IMG/VR virus record: IMGVR_UViG_3300032030_000005
Span: 96,001 to 160,000 of that record
Direction: 5' to 3' (one strand)
Length of the DNA: 64,000 nucleotides
Origin: a virus
Lineage: Duplodnaviria > Caudoviricetes
A program made the position numbers and the translations under genes. The first letter of the stretch is position 1; the number at the start of each line of letters is the position of its first letter. This document shows positions 1 through 10,682 of the stretch, in pieces. The notes under the pieces are model-generated. The model saw only the letters and a program-made list of their open reading frames with translations. It made no database searches and had not been told where the DNA came from.

Positions 1-16
1 AAAAAATCCATAGCTT

Positions 17-28
17 AACAATCGTTTA
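17..28 (+). promoter_or_regulatory. Putative late promoter AACA-N6-TA (AR9-type non-virion RNAP)
   Basis: AACA ATCGTT TA upstream of ORF 74. The same motif and spacing recur at 19289-19300(-), 24910-24921(-), 25873-25884(+), 54021-54032(-) and 61208-61219(-). Confidence 0.55.
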
Positions 29-73
29 TACTATTTTAGTAAAGATTTTTTATAGAAAGGAAGGTGAAAATAT

Positions 74-3000
74 ATGGCAAATAACTATAAATCTAGTAGA
101 GATATTTTTGCTAGGAGTCAAAATAACTTAAATAAATTAACTTCTAATACTAAAAATATAACAGAAACTGCCGCTAGTATAAATGCAGATAACACTGGAT
201 CTAGCTTACAAATGAAAGTAACACAAGAAACTACGGTATTAAATTCATCTTTACAAAATATGAATAATGTATTAAGTGAATTAAATAATAGTGTAGTTGG
301 CTTACAATCTGCTTTAAAAAATATAGCTGAAAATCATACAACGATTAATAGTTTATTAGCAACTCAGTTAGTTAGTTTAACTCAGATAAATAGTTTAGTT
401 ACAGCGTTTAGATCAGATTATATATTATCTAAAAATGGTAATAAAAATAAAGGTATTAGTTATTATGATAGAAATCTTATATTAAGAGATATATCTAATA
501 TAAAAACGTCTGATAAAACTGTTGATTCTATTTTAAGTAGTTTAAGAAATGCTGCAAATTACGCTAATAGATCTACAAATGCTATTAGATCAAAATTAGG
601 TTCAAGACAAGATTTAGATGATAATAGTATCTTTAATAAAATATTAGGATTAGCGGATCAAGGAAAACAGTTTGCTGGTTTAGGTACATTATTGCCAATG
701 TATAGAAATGGTGGTAAATATTCTAAATTTATTGAAAATGCAATGTCTGCAGATACATCTACAATTGGTAGTTTAATAGAATCATTCTTAGGAGCTAATG
801 GTAAAAGAAAATTTAAAGATATAAAAGGATTAGGTTCTAAATTTTTAGATTCAAATAATCCATTAAAACAAATGTTGGGTGGATTAATGGAAAAAGCTGG
901 TATGACTAATCTTAAAAAGGAAAGAGAAAAAGATCCTGACTTAGTTTATACAGCATTAGCACCTTTTGCAGATGATATTAAAGATATCGTTGAATTAAAA
1001 GTAAAAGGTATACATAGTAGACCAACTAAAGAAGTTATTCCAGAATATGCAACTCCAGTTTGGATAGTAAATAGTCCAGACCAGAAGAACTATATAACTA
1101 GTAATAAAACATTATCAAGATCTCTTAGAGAACAAAGAATTCATGATATAACAAGAGGTATTGCTAATAATTATAAAGATATATATGGTAATGATTTATT
1201 AGAAAAAGATATTGATGAAAAATGGATAGGCTCCGCAACTGAAGGTTTTTCAGAAAACGAAATTAAAAAGATGATAAATAGAGCTAATAGACTTGAAAGA
1301 AGATCACAATATCATGGTGCAACTAAAATAGAAGAATTTTTAGGTAAAAATAAAATATTAAATAAATTATTAGATGATAATAATACTGGTGTGCAAATGA
1401 TTGGTGGTATGGCTGGAAACGCTTTAACTCAAATATTAGGAAGCCATGCTGGTGGTAAAAGAAATAAAGGCTCTAGTGGTGCTTATTTAGCAGGTTTACA
1501 TAATGGTGAAAAAGTATTAGGACCAAATGCATTAGATGAACATGAAAAGATAAATGATATTTCTAAGATAATTGGTTTAACAATTTCTACATTAACTTCA
1601 GCTATTAAATTAGAAAAATATAAAGCTGGATTATTAGTTGCTTATACTAATAAAGATCCTAAAATGGCAGCAAAAGTAAAAGTAGATACTACAATATTAG
1701 CACAGGATGAAATGACTGAATTAGGTGCTGAAAAAGAAAATAAAATAGGTACTAATATAATAAAAATAATTGGTAGTAAATTATTTAAAGCAAATACTAA
1801 AGAAACAACTAAAGAATATTTTGGTTTAAAAGGTAATTCTGAAGCTGATGTAGCACAACAAGCAGAAGCTCAGGCACAACAAGGACAAGAAACAATAGAT
1901 CAATTAGTTAAAGAAAAACAGAGAATGGATGAAGAATTATTCATCAGAAAAATGATAATTGATAGAACTAATAAAGCTAGAATATGGGCAGCTCAAAAAG
2001 CTAATAATGTTAAATTAAGAGCTAAAAAAATGGCTAACAAAGTAAGATTATTTGCTAGAGAAAAAGCAGGTAATTTAAAAAATATAGCTATAAATGCTAA
2101 AAACCATGTAGCATTATTAGGTACAAAAGTTTCTGGTACTGTAAAACGTCTTGGTAAAAAATTAGCTGCTAAAACAGCAAGTATTCTTGATAGAGTAAAG
2201 AATTCTGTGTTAATTCAAAAAGCTAAAATGGTTAAAACAGCTTTATTTGAAAAAATAAAAAGTTTAATATCTACTACAGGTGATATATTAGGAACAGCTG
2301 GTAGTGTTATTGGTAAAATATTAGACACTATACGAATAGCTATTCCAGTAGTGGGTCAAGCTATTACTGCAGTAGCCGGTCCTGCATCTATACTTTTATT
2401 AGGTGGTATAGGATTAGCTGCTTTATTAAAAGCTAAAAAAGGACAGAATTCTAATATTAAATTAGAAAGTGTTATAAAAAAGGTATCTGGTAAAATAAGT
2501 GATGTTAAAAATAAAATACTTAAAAAAGAAGAAAAAGAAGAAAAAGAAGCATCTAAAGCAGAAGTTGCTAAACAAGAAAATGAAAAGAAAGCAGAAGAAA
2601 AAGATACTAATAGAACTATAGCTGAAAATAAATCATTTACATCTCAGGTTAAATATACAGAGAGTAATGTATCTACCGAAAATAAAAATACAAGGCAAAT
2701 AAAAATTGATGAGGAAGAACAATTAGAAGGTCCTGTTAAATATTTAAATAAAATGCAAAGGAAAATGTTACTTAATAATACTACTAAAATGGCTGATTTA
2801 TTTAGTAAAAAGCCTAAACAAGCAGCTAGTATGGCTTGGTTATTAAATGGTGGTTATACTGTATTAGGATTACAAAGTGCATCAACTGATGAATTAGAAT
2901 CATTGAATGAATTAACATCTACATCTAATTCAACATCAGTAACTCCTAAAAAAGAATCTTTATGGACAAGATTAACTAAAAAGTTAACTAAGAAAAAATT

Positions 3001-4867
3001 ATTAGCAGATGATGTTGGTAGTGAAGGATATAGTGAAGATGCAGCTGTTGCTTTAGCACAAAATAAGAATAACTCTATGGCCGCAAAACTCATTAATGCT
3101 TTTGCAAAAGTATATGGACATTTTGCATTTACTGATAGTAATGGAGATCCATTGTATACAACTAATTTAAGAAAACAAGCTCAAGAAGAAAACTTAAGAG
3201 GTGGTCTTACTGGAACATCTTCTAATGGTTCAGCAATCACTGCAGCTCAACGATTATTTGATGGCAGTAGCTATATAGGCTATGACGAAGATGGTACTTG
3301 GGGAAATAGCTCAACAAAAGATGATATTTTTAAAAGTAAATATTTTGCTTCAAACGGTAATGGATCGGCTGAATGTAATTTAGTAACTAATATTATTAAC
3401 AATAACTGGAAAAAATATAAAACTGATAATAATATATCTGATGAAGATGCAGGTACAACAATTAGCAATGGTTCATTAACCTATTTAAATGGATTCTTTA
3501 ATAAAGAATATAAAAAAATGTATGATTCTTTTGTAAAAAGAGTTGCTTTTGCAGATGATACAGCTAAAAATTTTATGCATGAAAGTATTGCTAAATCAAT
3601 TAAAAATTCTACTCCTTGGATTGATATGAAGGATCTATCAAATTCTAGTGACATTAAAAACAGAATAAAGCAAAATATTAATGCACGTTCTCAAATTGAT
3701 TATGGTAATTATGGTTTAGGTCATAGACACAATAGATTTGGTGGAGCTAATACTAAAGATTCTGATTTTATTAATGCTTCTAAATATGCATTAGTTAAAG
3801 GTTATAAAGAACAAAATGGTGGTACTTATCCTCAGTTCTTTAAAGATTATTTAAATAAAAATGGTATCAATGTTAACTATAATTCTAGTGCAAATAATAT
3901 TAAGAGAAGCTTATTACGTGGTAATCCAGTTATTTTAATGGGACAAGATAATGCTGATTCTGGTTTAACGCCATATGGAGATACACCTCACTATATAGTT
4001 GCTACTAATTATGATGGTAAAAATATTAGAGTTATTGACTCTGAAAGTAGAAATGATTATGATATTTATAATGCAGATAATGTATTAAGACATTCTACTA
4101 TTAAAATAAGTACAAATTCTGGTAAAAGTGGTTATGGACGAATTACTGTAAATAGTGGTTCACATAACATATATAATGGAAGGTCTTCAAAAAATCATAC
4201 ACATAAACATATACAATACAATAGAGGTAAATCTTTTAAAACTTCTAATAACTATTTAAAATCTTATAAATCTCATTATGGTAAAGGTGATGAAGTAATA
4301 ACTAATAGTAATGGTAGCAATATTAAATCCAATAGTAATACTGTAACTACACCTACACCTACAATGTCAAGTCAGGCTATTGGTAATATGTATGTAACAT
4401 TACAAGGTTATGTAAATGGTTATGATTTATTATCTAAATATAAAACTGGTCATGATATTTGGGATAAAGTTAATGAAGCTTTAAAAGCAGAACCTAAAGA
4501 GACTGGTGTTACACCAGCTGCTTCATCTACTACAAAACAAGAAACGTCTATTACTCCTACTAAAGAAAAAGAAATTAATGAAGAAGTTAAGACTCAAACA
4601 TCATCCGTTGTTCAACCGGAAGTTAAAAGTGATATATATCAAAAGAATGGAACAATGTATGTTGTTAATAATATTGAATACGGCGTTAAAACTAATATAG
4701 AGAGTATTATAGAAGAATTTAAAGAATTAAATAACGTTCAAGATGATAGTTTAGAAGTATTAAATACTATTTATAGTAAGCTATTAAAACGTAATGGTAA
4801 AAATCCAAATAATATTAAAATAAAAGATTATGATTATTCATTAAAAAATAGAAGATATACTTTTTGA
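74..4867 (+). CDS. Tape-measure-like tail protein (paralog A) with the C-terminal half of a C39-like peptidase
   Basis: 1597 aa, helical and K/A-rich. Has the tape-measure-type motif GSHAGG...LHNGEKVL and the segment GGTYPQFF...GNPVILMG...PHYIVA...VIDS. N-terminal third is homologous to ORF 4886. Confidence 0.65.
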   Translation: MANNYKSSRDIFARSQNNLNKLTSNTKNITETAASINADNTGSSLQMKVTQETTVLNSSLQNMNNVLSELNNSVVGLQSALKNIAENHTTINSLLATQLVSLTQINSLVTAFRSDYILSKNGNKNKGISYYDRNLILRDISNIKTSDKTVDSILSSLRNAANYANRSTNAIRSKLGSRQDLDDNSIFNKILGLADQGKQFAGLGTLLPMYRNGGKYSKFIENAMSADTSTIGSLIESFLGANGKRKFKDIKGLGSKFLDSNNPLKQMLGGLMEKAGMTNLKKEREKDPDLVYTALAPFADDIKDIVELKVKGIHSRPTKEVIPEYATPVWIVNSPDQKNYITSNKTLSRSLREQRIHDITRGIANNYKDIYGNDLLEKDIDEKWIGSATEGFSENEIKKMINRANRLERRSQYHGATKIEEFLGKNKILNKLLDDNNTGVQMIGGMAGNALTQILGSHAGGKRNKGSSGAYLAGLHNGEKVLGPNALDEHEKINDISKIIGLTISTLTSAIKLEKYKAGLLVAYTNKDPKMAAKVKVDTTILAQDEMTELGAEKENKIGTNIIKIIGSKLFKANTKETTKEYFGLKGNSEADVAQQAEAQAQQGQETIDQLVKEKQRMDEELFIRKMIIDRTNKARIWAAQKANNVKLRAKKMANKVRLFAREKAGNLKNIAINAKNHVALLGTKVSGTVKRLGKKLAAKTASILDRVKNSVLIQKAKMVKTALFEKIKSLISTTGDILGTAGSVIGKILDTIRIAIPVVGQAITAVAGPASILLLGGIGLAALLKAKKGQNSNIKLESVIKKVSGKISDVKNKILKKEEKEEKEASKAEVAKQENEKKAEEKDTNRTIAENKSFTSQVKYTESNVSTENKNTRQIKIDEEEQLEGPVKYLNKMQRKMLLNNTTKMADLFSKKPKQAASMAWLLNGGYTVLGLQSASTDELESLNELTSTSNSTSVTPKKESLWTRLTKKLTKKKLLADDVGSEGYSEDAAVALAQNKNNSMAAKLINAFAKVYGHFAFTDSNGDPLYTTNLRKQAQEENLRGGLTGTSSNGSAITAAQRLFDGSSYIGYDEDGTWGNSSTKDDIFKSKYFASNGNGSAECNLVTNIINNNWKKYKTDNNISDEDAGTTISNGSLTYLNGFFNKEYKKMYDSFVKRVAFADDTAKNFMHESIAKSIKNSTPWIDMKDLSNSSDIKNRIKQNINARSQIDYGNYGLGHRHNRFGGANTKDSDFINASKYALVKGYKEQNGGTYPQFFKDYLNKNGINVNYNSSANNIKRSLLRGNPVILMGQDNADSGLTPYGDTPHYIVATNYDGKNIRVIDSESRNDYDIYNADNVLRHSTIKISTNSGKSGYGRITVNSGSHNIYNGRSSKNHTHKHIQYNRGKSFKTSNNYLKSYKSHYGKGDEVITNSNGSNIKSNSNTVTTPTPTMSSQAIGNMYVTLQGYVNGYDLLSKYKTGHDIWDKVNEALKAEPKETGVTPAASSTTKQETSITPTKEKEINEEVKTQTSSVVQPEVKSDIYQKNGTMYVVNNIEYGVKTNIESIIEEFKELNNVQDDSLEVLNTIYSKLLKRNGKNPNNIKIKDYDYSLKNRRYTF

Positions 4868-4885
4868 GATAAGGATGTGATATAA

Positions 4886-7800
4886 ATGGCAGATATGAAA
4901 TCTTCTAAAGATAAACTTAGTCAAGCAGTTAATAATATGGATCCAAATCTTCAAAAAATAGCAGCTAATACTGATGCAATTGTATCTACCTTATCTCAAC
5001 AAAGTAGTGCAATTCAACAATTAAAGGATGCTATTGCTAGAAAAGAACAAACTGAAAATGAAGGAAATAAACAGATCACTTCATCATTAAAACAAACAAA
5101 TTCTACAATATCATTAATAAATAAAAATATATTAAATCTTAATAAAAATGTAACATCATTAACTAAAACAGTATCTAGTTTAAATGAAAGTAGAGGAACT
5201 ACAGTATCCTTATTATGCGGAATTCAAACTAGTTTAATTCAAATTACTAGTGTTCTTGCATCTTTTAGATCAGATTATTTATTATCAACTAACGGTCAAA
5301 GAATTAATGGTAATTCTTTTTATGATATGACTAGTTTAAATAATCTAGTTAATTCATTATCATCACTTAAAGACCCAACAGTTAAACAAAATATTCAAGC
5401 ATTGCATAAAGCTTTAAAATATGCTAATAGCTCTTCAAAGAGTGTCAGAAGCCATTTAGGACAAAATGTAACTAATGAAGATAGTATATTTGAAAAGATA
5501 TTAGGTATTGCAGATACAGGAAAACAATATGCTGGTTTAGGTGCATTATTTAGTCCTTATATTAAAGGTGGCAAATTTAACAGTGTTATTGATAGATACA
5601 TGAATGCAGATACATCATCAATAGCTAATTTATTCTATTCAATGTTAGGCTCTAATGGTAAGAAAACTATTAAAGATATAAAAGGATTAGGTTCTAAATT
5701 TTCTGATTCAAATAATCCTCTTAAGCGTTTAATAGGCAATATGATGGGTCAAGCAGGATTTAAAAATGAAAAGAAAGAACGTGAAAAAGATCCTACTTTA
5801 GTATTAAGTTCATTAGCACCTTTTGCAGATGATATCAAAGATATGGTTAATTTATCATATCAAGGTGTAAAATCAAGACCTAAATCAATACCAATATATG
5901 CAAAGCCAGTTTGGATTGTAAATAGTCCAGATCAAAAAAATTATGTTGGTAATGTAAAAGCTAAAGATACGCATGGTGCAGATTTAAAACGTAAAAGACT
6001 TGAAGATTTATTTGGTGGTAGAGCCAATAATCTTAAAGATATTTATGGTAATGAATTATTATATCAAGATGAAGATGGTCATTGGAAAGGTTCTGCAACT
6101 GAAGGTTTCAATAATAAACAAATAAGAAATATTAGACAAAAACAAGAAAGCCGTAATAGAAAATTAATGTATGGCGAAAATTATAAAGAATTAGAAAATA
6201 AAATATATGGTAGTAAAATATTAAATACTGGAATAGGAATTGGTAATTTTAAATTATCATTAAATGATTTATTATCTGAAGATCCTAATAATGTAATGGG
6301 TAATATGATTAGTAATTTAGCAGCTAATGGATTACAACAAATACCTGGATTATTAGGAAGCCATGCCGGTGGTAAAAAAGGTAAAAAGAGAAGAAAAGGT
6401 CTTGATCCAAATCGTGAAATAAATACTAATGATCATGATGTTAGTTTAATAGATGGTGAAACAACTGTACTTAATGCTTCTCAAACAGATAATCTTAAAG
6501 ATATGGGAGATATTAAATCTGGTATTACCACAATGTCAGGTGCTATTGCATCTCTTGCTAGTATTATATCTCAATCAACTATATTATTTAGCCAAGCGGC
6601 ATCTAGTAAGAAACAAAAGATAGATAGTAAAGTATTAAATAAACTTAGTCCTGATGAATCAGTATTTGATTATTTATTAAAAACTTCGGGTTCTGATGAA
6701 GGTTCTAAGAAAGCTTTAACACAATTTAAGAAATTCTCTAATCTTAAGAAAACCTTAAAAATAACTAGTAAAAGAGAAACAACTTCAGAATACTTTGGAT
6801 TAAATCCAAATGAAGGTAATGGTAAAAAAGGTGTATTAAGCGGTGCTATTGATTCATTAACTACCAAACTTGGTGTAAATAAAGATCTCGTTAAAGACCC
6901 TAAGCGTTTTATTAAAAATAGTATTATAAGAAAAGTTAACAACACGTTTTCATTAAAGGGTACTTCATCGAACGGAACAGCTGATAAAATAGCTGAAGGA
7001 GTATCTGATGATAAGAATAAAAAGAAAATTAAGGGTTTATTTAAGAGCTTTAAGAAGCAACAAGACTTAGAAATTAAAGATAAGATTAAAGAAGGAACAA
7101 CTGGCTTAAAAGATGTGGCTAAAGTATCTGCAACTAATGAAACAGTTACTAATAGTATTAATACTGCAGAAACTGCTGCAGTAGAAGCTAATATTAAAGC
7201 AGATGCTGCAACTAATGCTTCTATTAATAAAATGAAAATGGCAAATGCTAAACAAGAAGAAGCTACAAAAGCAGCAGCTGATAAAACAGAAGTAGCTCAA
7301 CAAATAGCAACTGATAAGTTTGTTAATGCTACAGAAGTTAAAACAGCGGCTCAAGAAGCTATGGTTCAGGAAGCATCTGTAGGAGCTGAAGCAGGAGCAT
7401 CTACAACAAGCTTTTTAGGAAAAATAACGGCTACAATGTGTGGTCTTCCATTACCAGTTAAAATAGGCCTTGGAGCTGCCGGTGTTGCTGCTACAGTTGC
7501 TATTGGTAAGAAAATGTATGATAAAGTTAAACAAGCTGCCAATGGTAAAAAACCGAATTTTGAAGATAGTCAGTCTTCATTAAAAGGTGCAAGTGGAAAA
7601 ACCGAAAAGGAAGCTCAGAAAGAAAAAGAAAAAGCAGAAAAAGCTCAAAAGAGACAAGAAAGATTAGAGAATTTTAAGAAAAGAGCCAAGAGAAGTTTAA
7701 AATCTAGCTTTAATGCTTTAACATTAGGATTATTTGCACAAAAAGTTTATGTTGCTGATAATGGTGATGTATTATATTCTAAAGATAATTCTCCAGTAAA

Positions 7801-10627
7801 GAAATTAGATAAACATGGTAATGAAACTGAAGAAACATTAAATGTTAAAGATACATCAGGAAAGGTACAGTTAGCTAATAGATTAGCTGCTCGTGAATTT
7901 AAATTAGATAAAGTAAAAACTGCTAAATTTATAGCTTCTAAAGTTAAAGATGGTGTATCTAAATTAAAAGATAAGATAAAAGAAAAAGCAGAACAAGTTA
8001 AAAGTTGGGCTGGTAAACATAAAGGTGAAATAGCTGCTTTTGCAGTAGGTGGTATTGCTGGAGTAGGAGCTTATGAAGTTGCTAAAGGTGCTTATAAAGG
8101 TGTAAAAACTCTTAAAGAAAATAAATATGAAAAGATAAATCAGATGTTAACAGTAGCATCTACACCATTCTTATTTATGGATAATAAAATGAAGAAATCT
8201 ATTGAAAAATTACAAAATAGCAAGATTGGTAAACAGATGTTAAATCAGCCAATGAAAGCAGCTAAAACATTATTCCAGACTGCTACGTATAGTATATTCG
8301 GTAGTAGTGAAACTGCCGCTGAAAAATCTGGTCTTAAATCTTTATTAACGAATATTACTAAGAAATTAACAGGCGAAGATGATCATAAAGATAAATTTAC
8401 ATCTAACTTAGAAGATATTGGTGAAGAAAGTGCAACAGTAGCATATTCAAAGTTAAATGAAAATAATCTTAGAAATAGAATATTAAATGCTTTTGCTAAA
8501 GCTACTGGTATTGCTACTGCTAAAAAAGGTGATAATGGTCATGTAATGACAACTTCTCAAATCGTTGATGAAGAAAGAACGAAAAATGCTTCATTACAAA
8601 TTGCAGCAAATGGTACAGCTGGTAATGCTAGTGGTGCTAATATGTCAGGTACTTGGAATTCTGCTGCACAAATGATCAATGGACCAACAAAAGGTCAAAC
8701 TGTTCAAGATTATGTACTTAAAACATTACAAAATAGTAGTATTTCTAGAGGCGTATCAGATGGACATAGAGGTGTTGACTTCGCCGCAGCAATGAACACA
8801 CCAATTTATTCTCCATTTGAAGGTAAAGTTGTAGCCAGTGCATACGATCCAGATAGAATCATATGTACTAATAATGCAGGTGGAAATGATGAAAATGGAT
8901 CAATGGGTAACTTCGTATTAATGCAATTACCAAATGGTAATTATGCAACATTTATGCACATGGTAGAAGGTCCTGCAGTTAGAACTGGCGAACTTGTTAA
9001 AGCTGGACAGTTACTAGGTAAAGTAGGTAATACTGGTGGTAGTTACGGTGCTCACTTACATTTAGAAATAAAAAGTGGTATGTGGGGTGGTACAGTACTT
9101 GATCCGGCATCATATGGTTTAGGAAGAAAAGGTAAAAAATTAGATGGTTTTGATAAAAATAAAAAGACAACCGGATACGGTGCTCATGTATATCAAAGAG
9201 ATTATTCTAATATTATCTTTAATAAAAATGGTGATGAAACATTACAAACATTAGGTGATTCTGGTTGCGGTCCAGCAGCTGCAACTGTTGTTAAAAGATT
9301 ATATACGAATGGTAAAAGTAGATTTGGTAGAGCTGATAATAAAAATAAAGATAATAAAGATAAAAGTACAGCTAAAGCATCTACAGTTCAAAATCCATTA
9401 GGAAAAACAGCTTCATTCTCAGACGATTATGGTAATACATTTGATATTACTATTGAGCAAGAACATATTGATGTATTTAATGCTTGTAAAGAATGTGGAT
9501 GTTCTGATGCGGCTGCTTGTGGTGTATTAGGTAATTTACATCAGGAAACAGGTGGTACTGGTGAAAGATTAAGACATTGGGCTGAAAACCATGGTGAATA
9601 TGGTGGAGGTATCATGCAATGGACTCCTTGGACTAAACATGTTGATTGGGCCAACAGTCATGGTATGAACCCTTGGACTTGGGAAGCAAGTTTAGCACAT
9701 ATGCAAGACGAATTGCTTAATGGTGGTAACTGGTCTAACCCTCAAGATGCTAGTCCTTCTTTAGCAAGTGAAGGTTATCATGCTTGTTCTAATACTCCAG
9801 AATTTATGGCATTAAATGATCCAGCTGATGCAGCAGTAAACTTTGAAAGAGCATTTGAAGTTTCAGGTGACTGGAATGGTAGAAACTCAGAAGGTATTGT
9901 ATATAGTGAAAATCAGCTTAGAGACAGAAAGAGAGTTGGTCCTGCTATTGCATATTATGAATGCTTAGTAGGTACATATAATGGTTCTGTAAGACTTAGA
10001 TCGTCAGTAAATGGAGTTTCTGGAAGTACAGGATTTATTAATATTATTACTGATAGTGTTGTAAGTGGATCTCAGTTAGCTAATTATATGAATGCTAACA
10101 AATCTACTAATAATAGTACTACAGATATAACAGCTAGTAATGGAAGCACTGCTACTACAGGTAATGGTCGTTTTGGTAGGGGTGTAAGTTTTGGTAATAT
10201 TCATTTTGAATCTACTAGTTCACCAAATAATAATAACAATAGTATACAAAGTAATATAACTAAAACTGCAGCTGTTGCTCCTTCAGTAGGTTCTTATATA
10301 AAGAATAATATGTCTATAACAGATACCGATGATAAAGGAAATTCAAAAACAACAACAAGCGTATATACTACTGATAATAAAACAACTTTAACAACAAACG
10401 GTAAATCAACAATTGTTATTTGTAATAACTTTACGGAAAAGACTAAGACGGATTTAAGTGAGATACTTTCTAACTTTAAAAAGTTAAACGGTACTCAAGC
10501 TAATGCTTTAAAAGTATTAAAAGCTATATCTGATTTAATTAAAGAAGAAAATTCAGAAGCATTAGAAAGTCTTTCAAATCTTAAACTTTCTAATGATGGT
10601 CTTGATTATATCCTTAAAGGATTATAA
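4886..10627 (+). CDS. Tape-measure-like lytic tail protein (paralog B): M23 peptidase, N-half of a C39-like peptidase, phage tail lysozyme
   Basis: M23 motifs HRGVDF and GAHLHLE; YQRD...DSGCGPAAA; phage tail lysozyme (Phage_lysozyme2-like) motifs AAACGVLGNLHQET, GGIMQWT and AAVNFERAFE. Confidence 0.8.
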   Translation: MADMKSSKDKLSQAVNNMDPNLQKIAANTDAIVSTLSQQSSAIQQLKDAIARKEQTENEGNKQITSSLKQTNSTISLINKNILNLNKNVTSLTKTVSSLNESRGTTVSLLCGIQTSLIQITSVLASFRSDYLLSTNGQRINGNSFYDMTSLNNLVNSLSSLKDPTVKQNIQALHKALKYANSSSKSVRSHLGQNVTNEDSIFEKILGIADTGKQYAGLGALFSPYIKGGKFNSVIDRYMNADTSSIANLFYSMLGSNGKKTIKDIKGLGSKFSDSNNPLKRLIGNMMGQAGFKNEKKEREKDPTLVLSSLAPFADDIKDMVNLSYQGVKSRPKSIPIYAKPVWIVNSPDQKNYVGNVKAKDTHGADLKRKRLEDLFGGRANNLKDIYGNELLYQDEDGHWKGSATEGFNNKQIRNIRQKQESRNRKLMYGENYKELENKIYGSKILNTGIGIGNFKLSLNDLLSEDPNNVMGNMISNLAANGLQQIPGLLGSHAGGKKGKKRRKGLDPNREINTNDHDVSLIDGETTVLNASQTDNLKDMGDIKSGITTMSGAIASLASIISQSTILFSQAASSKKQKIDSKVLNKLSPDESVFDYLLKTSGSDEGSKKALTQFKKFSNLKKTLKITSKRETTSEYFGLNPNEGNGKKGVLSGAIDSLTTKLGVNKDLVKDPKRFIKNSIIRKVNNTFSLKGTSSNGTADKIAEGVSDDKNKKKIKGLFKSFKKQQDLEIKDKIKEGTTGLKDVAKVSATNETVTNSINTAETAAVEANIKADAATNASINKMKMANAKQEEATKAAADKTEVAQQIATDKFVNATEVKTAAQEAMVQEASVGAEAGASTTSFLGKITATMCGLPLPVKIGLGAAGVAATVAIGKKMYDKVKQAANGKKPNFEDSQSSLKGASGKTEKEAQKEKEKAEKAQKRQERLENFKKRAKRSLKSSFNALTLGLFAQKVYVADNGDVLYSKDNSPVKKLDKHGNETEETLNVKDTSGKVQLANRLAAREFKLDKVKTAKFIASKVKDGVSKLKDKIKEKAEQVKSWAGKHKGEIAAFAVGGIAGVGAYEVAKGAYKGVKTLKENKYEKINQMLTVASTPFLFMDNKMKKSIEKLQNSKIGKQMLNQPMKAAKTLFQTATYSIFGSSETAAEKSGLKSLLTNITKKLTGEDDHKDKFTSNLEDIGEESATVAYSKLNENNLRNRILNAFAKATGIATAKKGDNGHVMTTSQIVDEERTKNASLQIAANGTAGNASGANMSGTWNSAAQMINGPTKGQTVQDYVLKTLQNSSISRGVSDGHRGVDFAAAMNTPIYSPFEGKVVASAYDPDRIICTNNAGGNDENGSMGNFVLMQLPNGNYATFMHMVEGPAVRTGELVKAGQLLGKVGNTGGSYGAHLHLEIKSGMWGGTVLDPASYGLGRKGKKLDGFDKNKKTTGYGAHVYQRDYSNIIFNKNGDETLQTLGDSGCGPAAATVVKRLYTNGKSRFGRADNKNKDNKDKSTAKASTVQNPLGKTASFSDDYGNTFDITIEQEHIDVFNACKECGCSDAAACGVLGNLHQETGGTGERLRHWAENHGEYGGGIMQWTPWTKHVDWANSHGMNPWTWEASLAHMQDELLNGGNWSNPQDASPSLASEGYHACSNTPEFMALNDPADAAVNFERAFEVSGDWNGRNSEGIVYSENQLRDRKRVGPAIAYYECLVGTYNGSVRLRSSVNGVSGSTGFINIITDSVVSGSQLANYMNANKSTNNSTTDITASNGSTATTGNGRFGRGVSFGNIHFESTSSPNNNNNSIQSNITKTAAVAPSVGSYIKNNMSITDTDDKGNSKTTTSVYTTDNKTTLTTNGKSTIVICNNFTEKTKTDLSEILSNFKKLNGTQANALKVLKAISDLIKEENSEALESLSNLKLSNDGLDYILKGL

Positions 10628-10630
10628 AAA

Positions 10631-10668
10631 ATTAGTGTTAAGGAAATTATATTCCTTAACACTAAAAT
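10631..10668 (+). terminator. Intergenic hairpin (TTAAG-stem family)
   Basis: TTAGTGTTAAGGAA...TTCCTTAACACTAA directly after the stop of ORF 4886. Confidence 0.65.
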
Positions 10669-10682
10669 TTATTATATAAGAG

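Noticed and set aside
3270-3400. YIGYDEDGTW...SNGNGSAECNLV as the missing C39 N-half of paralog A
   Set aside because: It may be a decayed remnant, but it lacks the Gln and the GC motif and lies ~130 aa from the C-half, so it is not called active.
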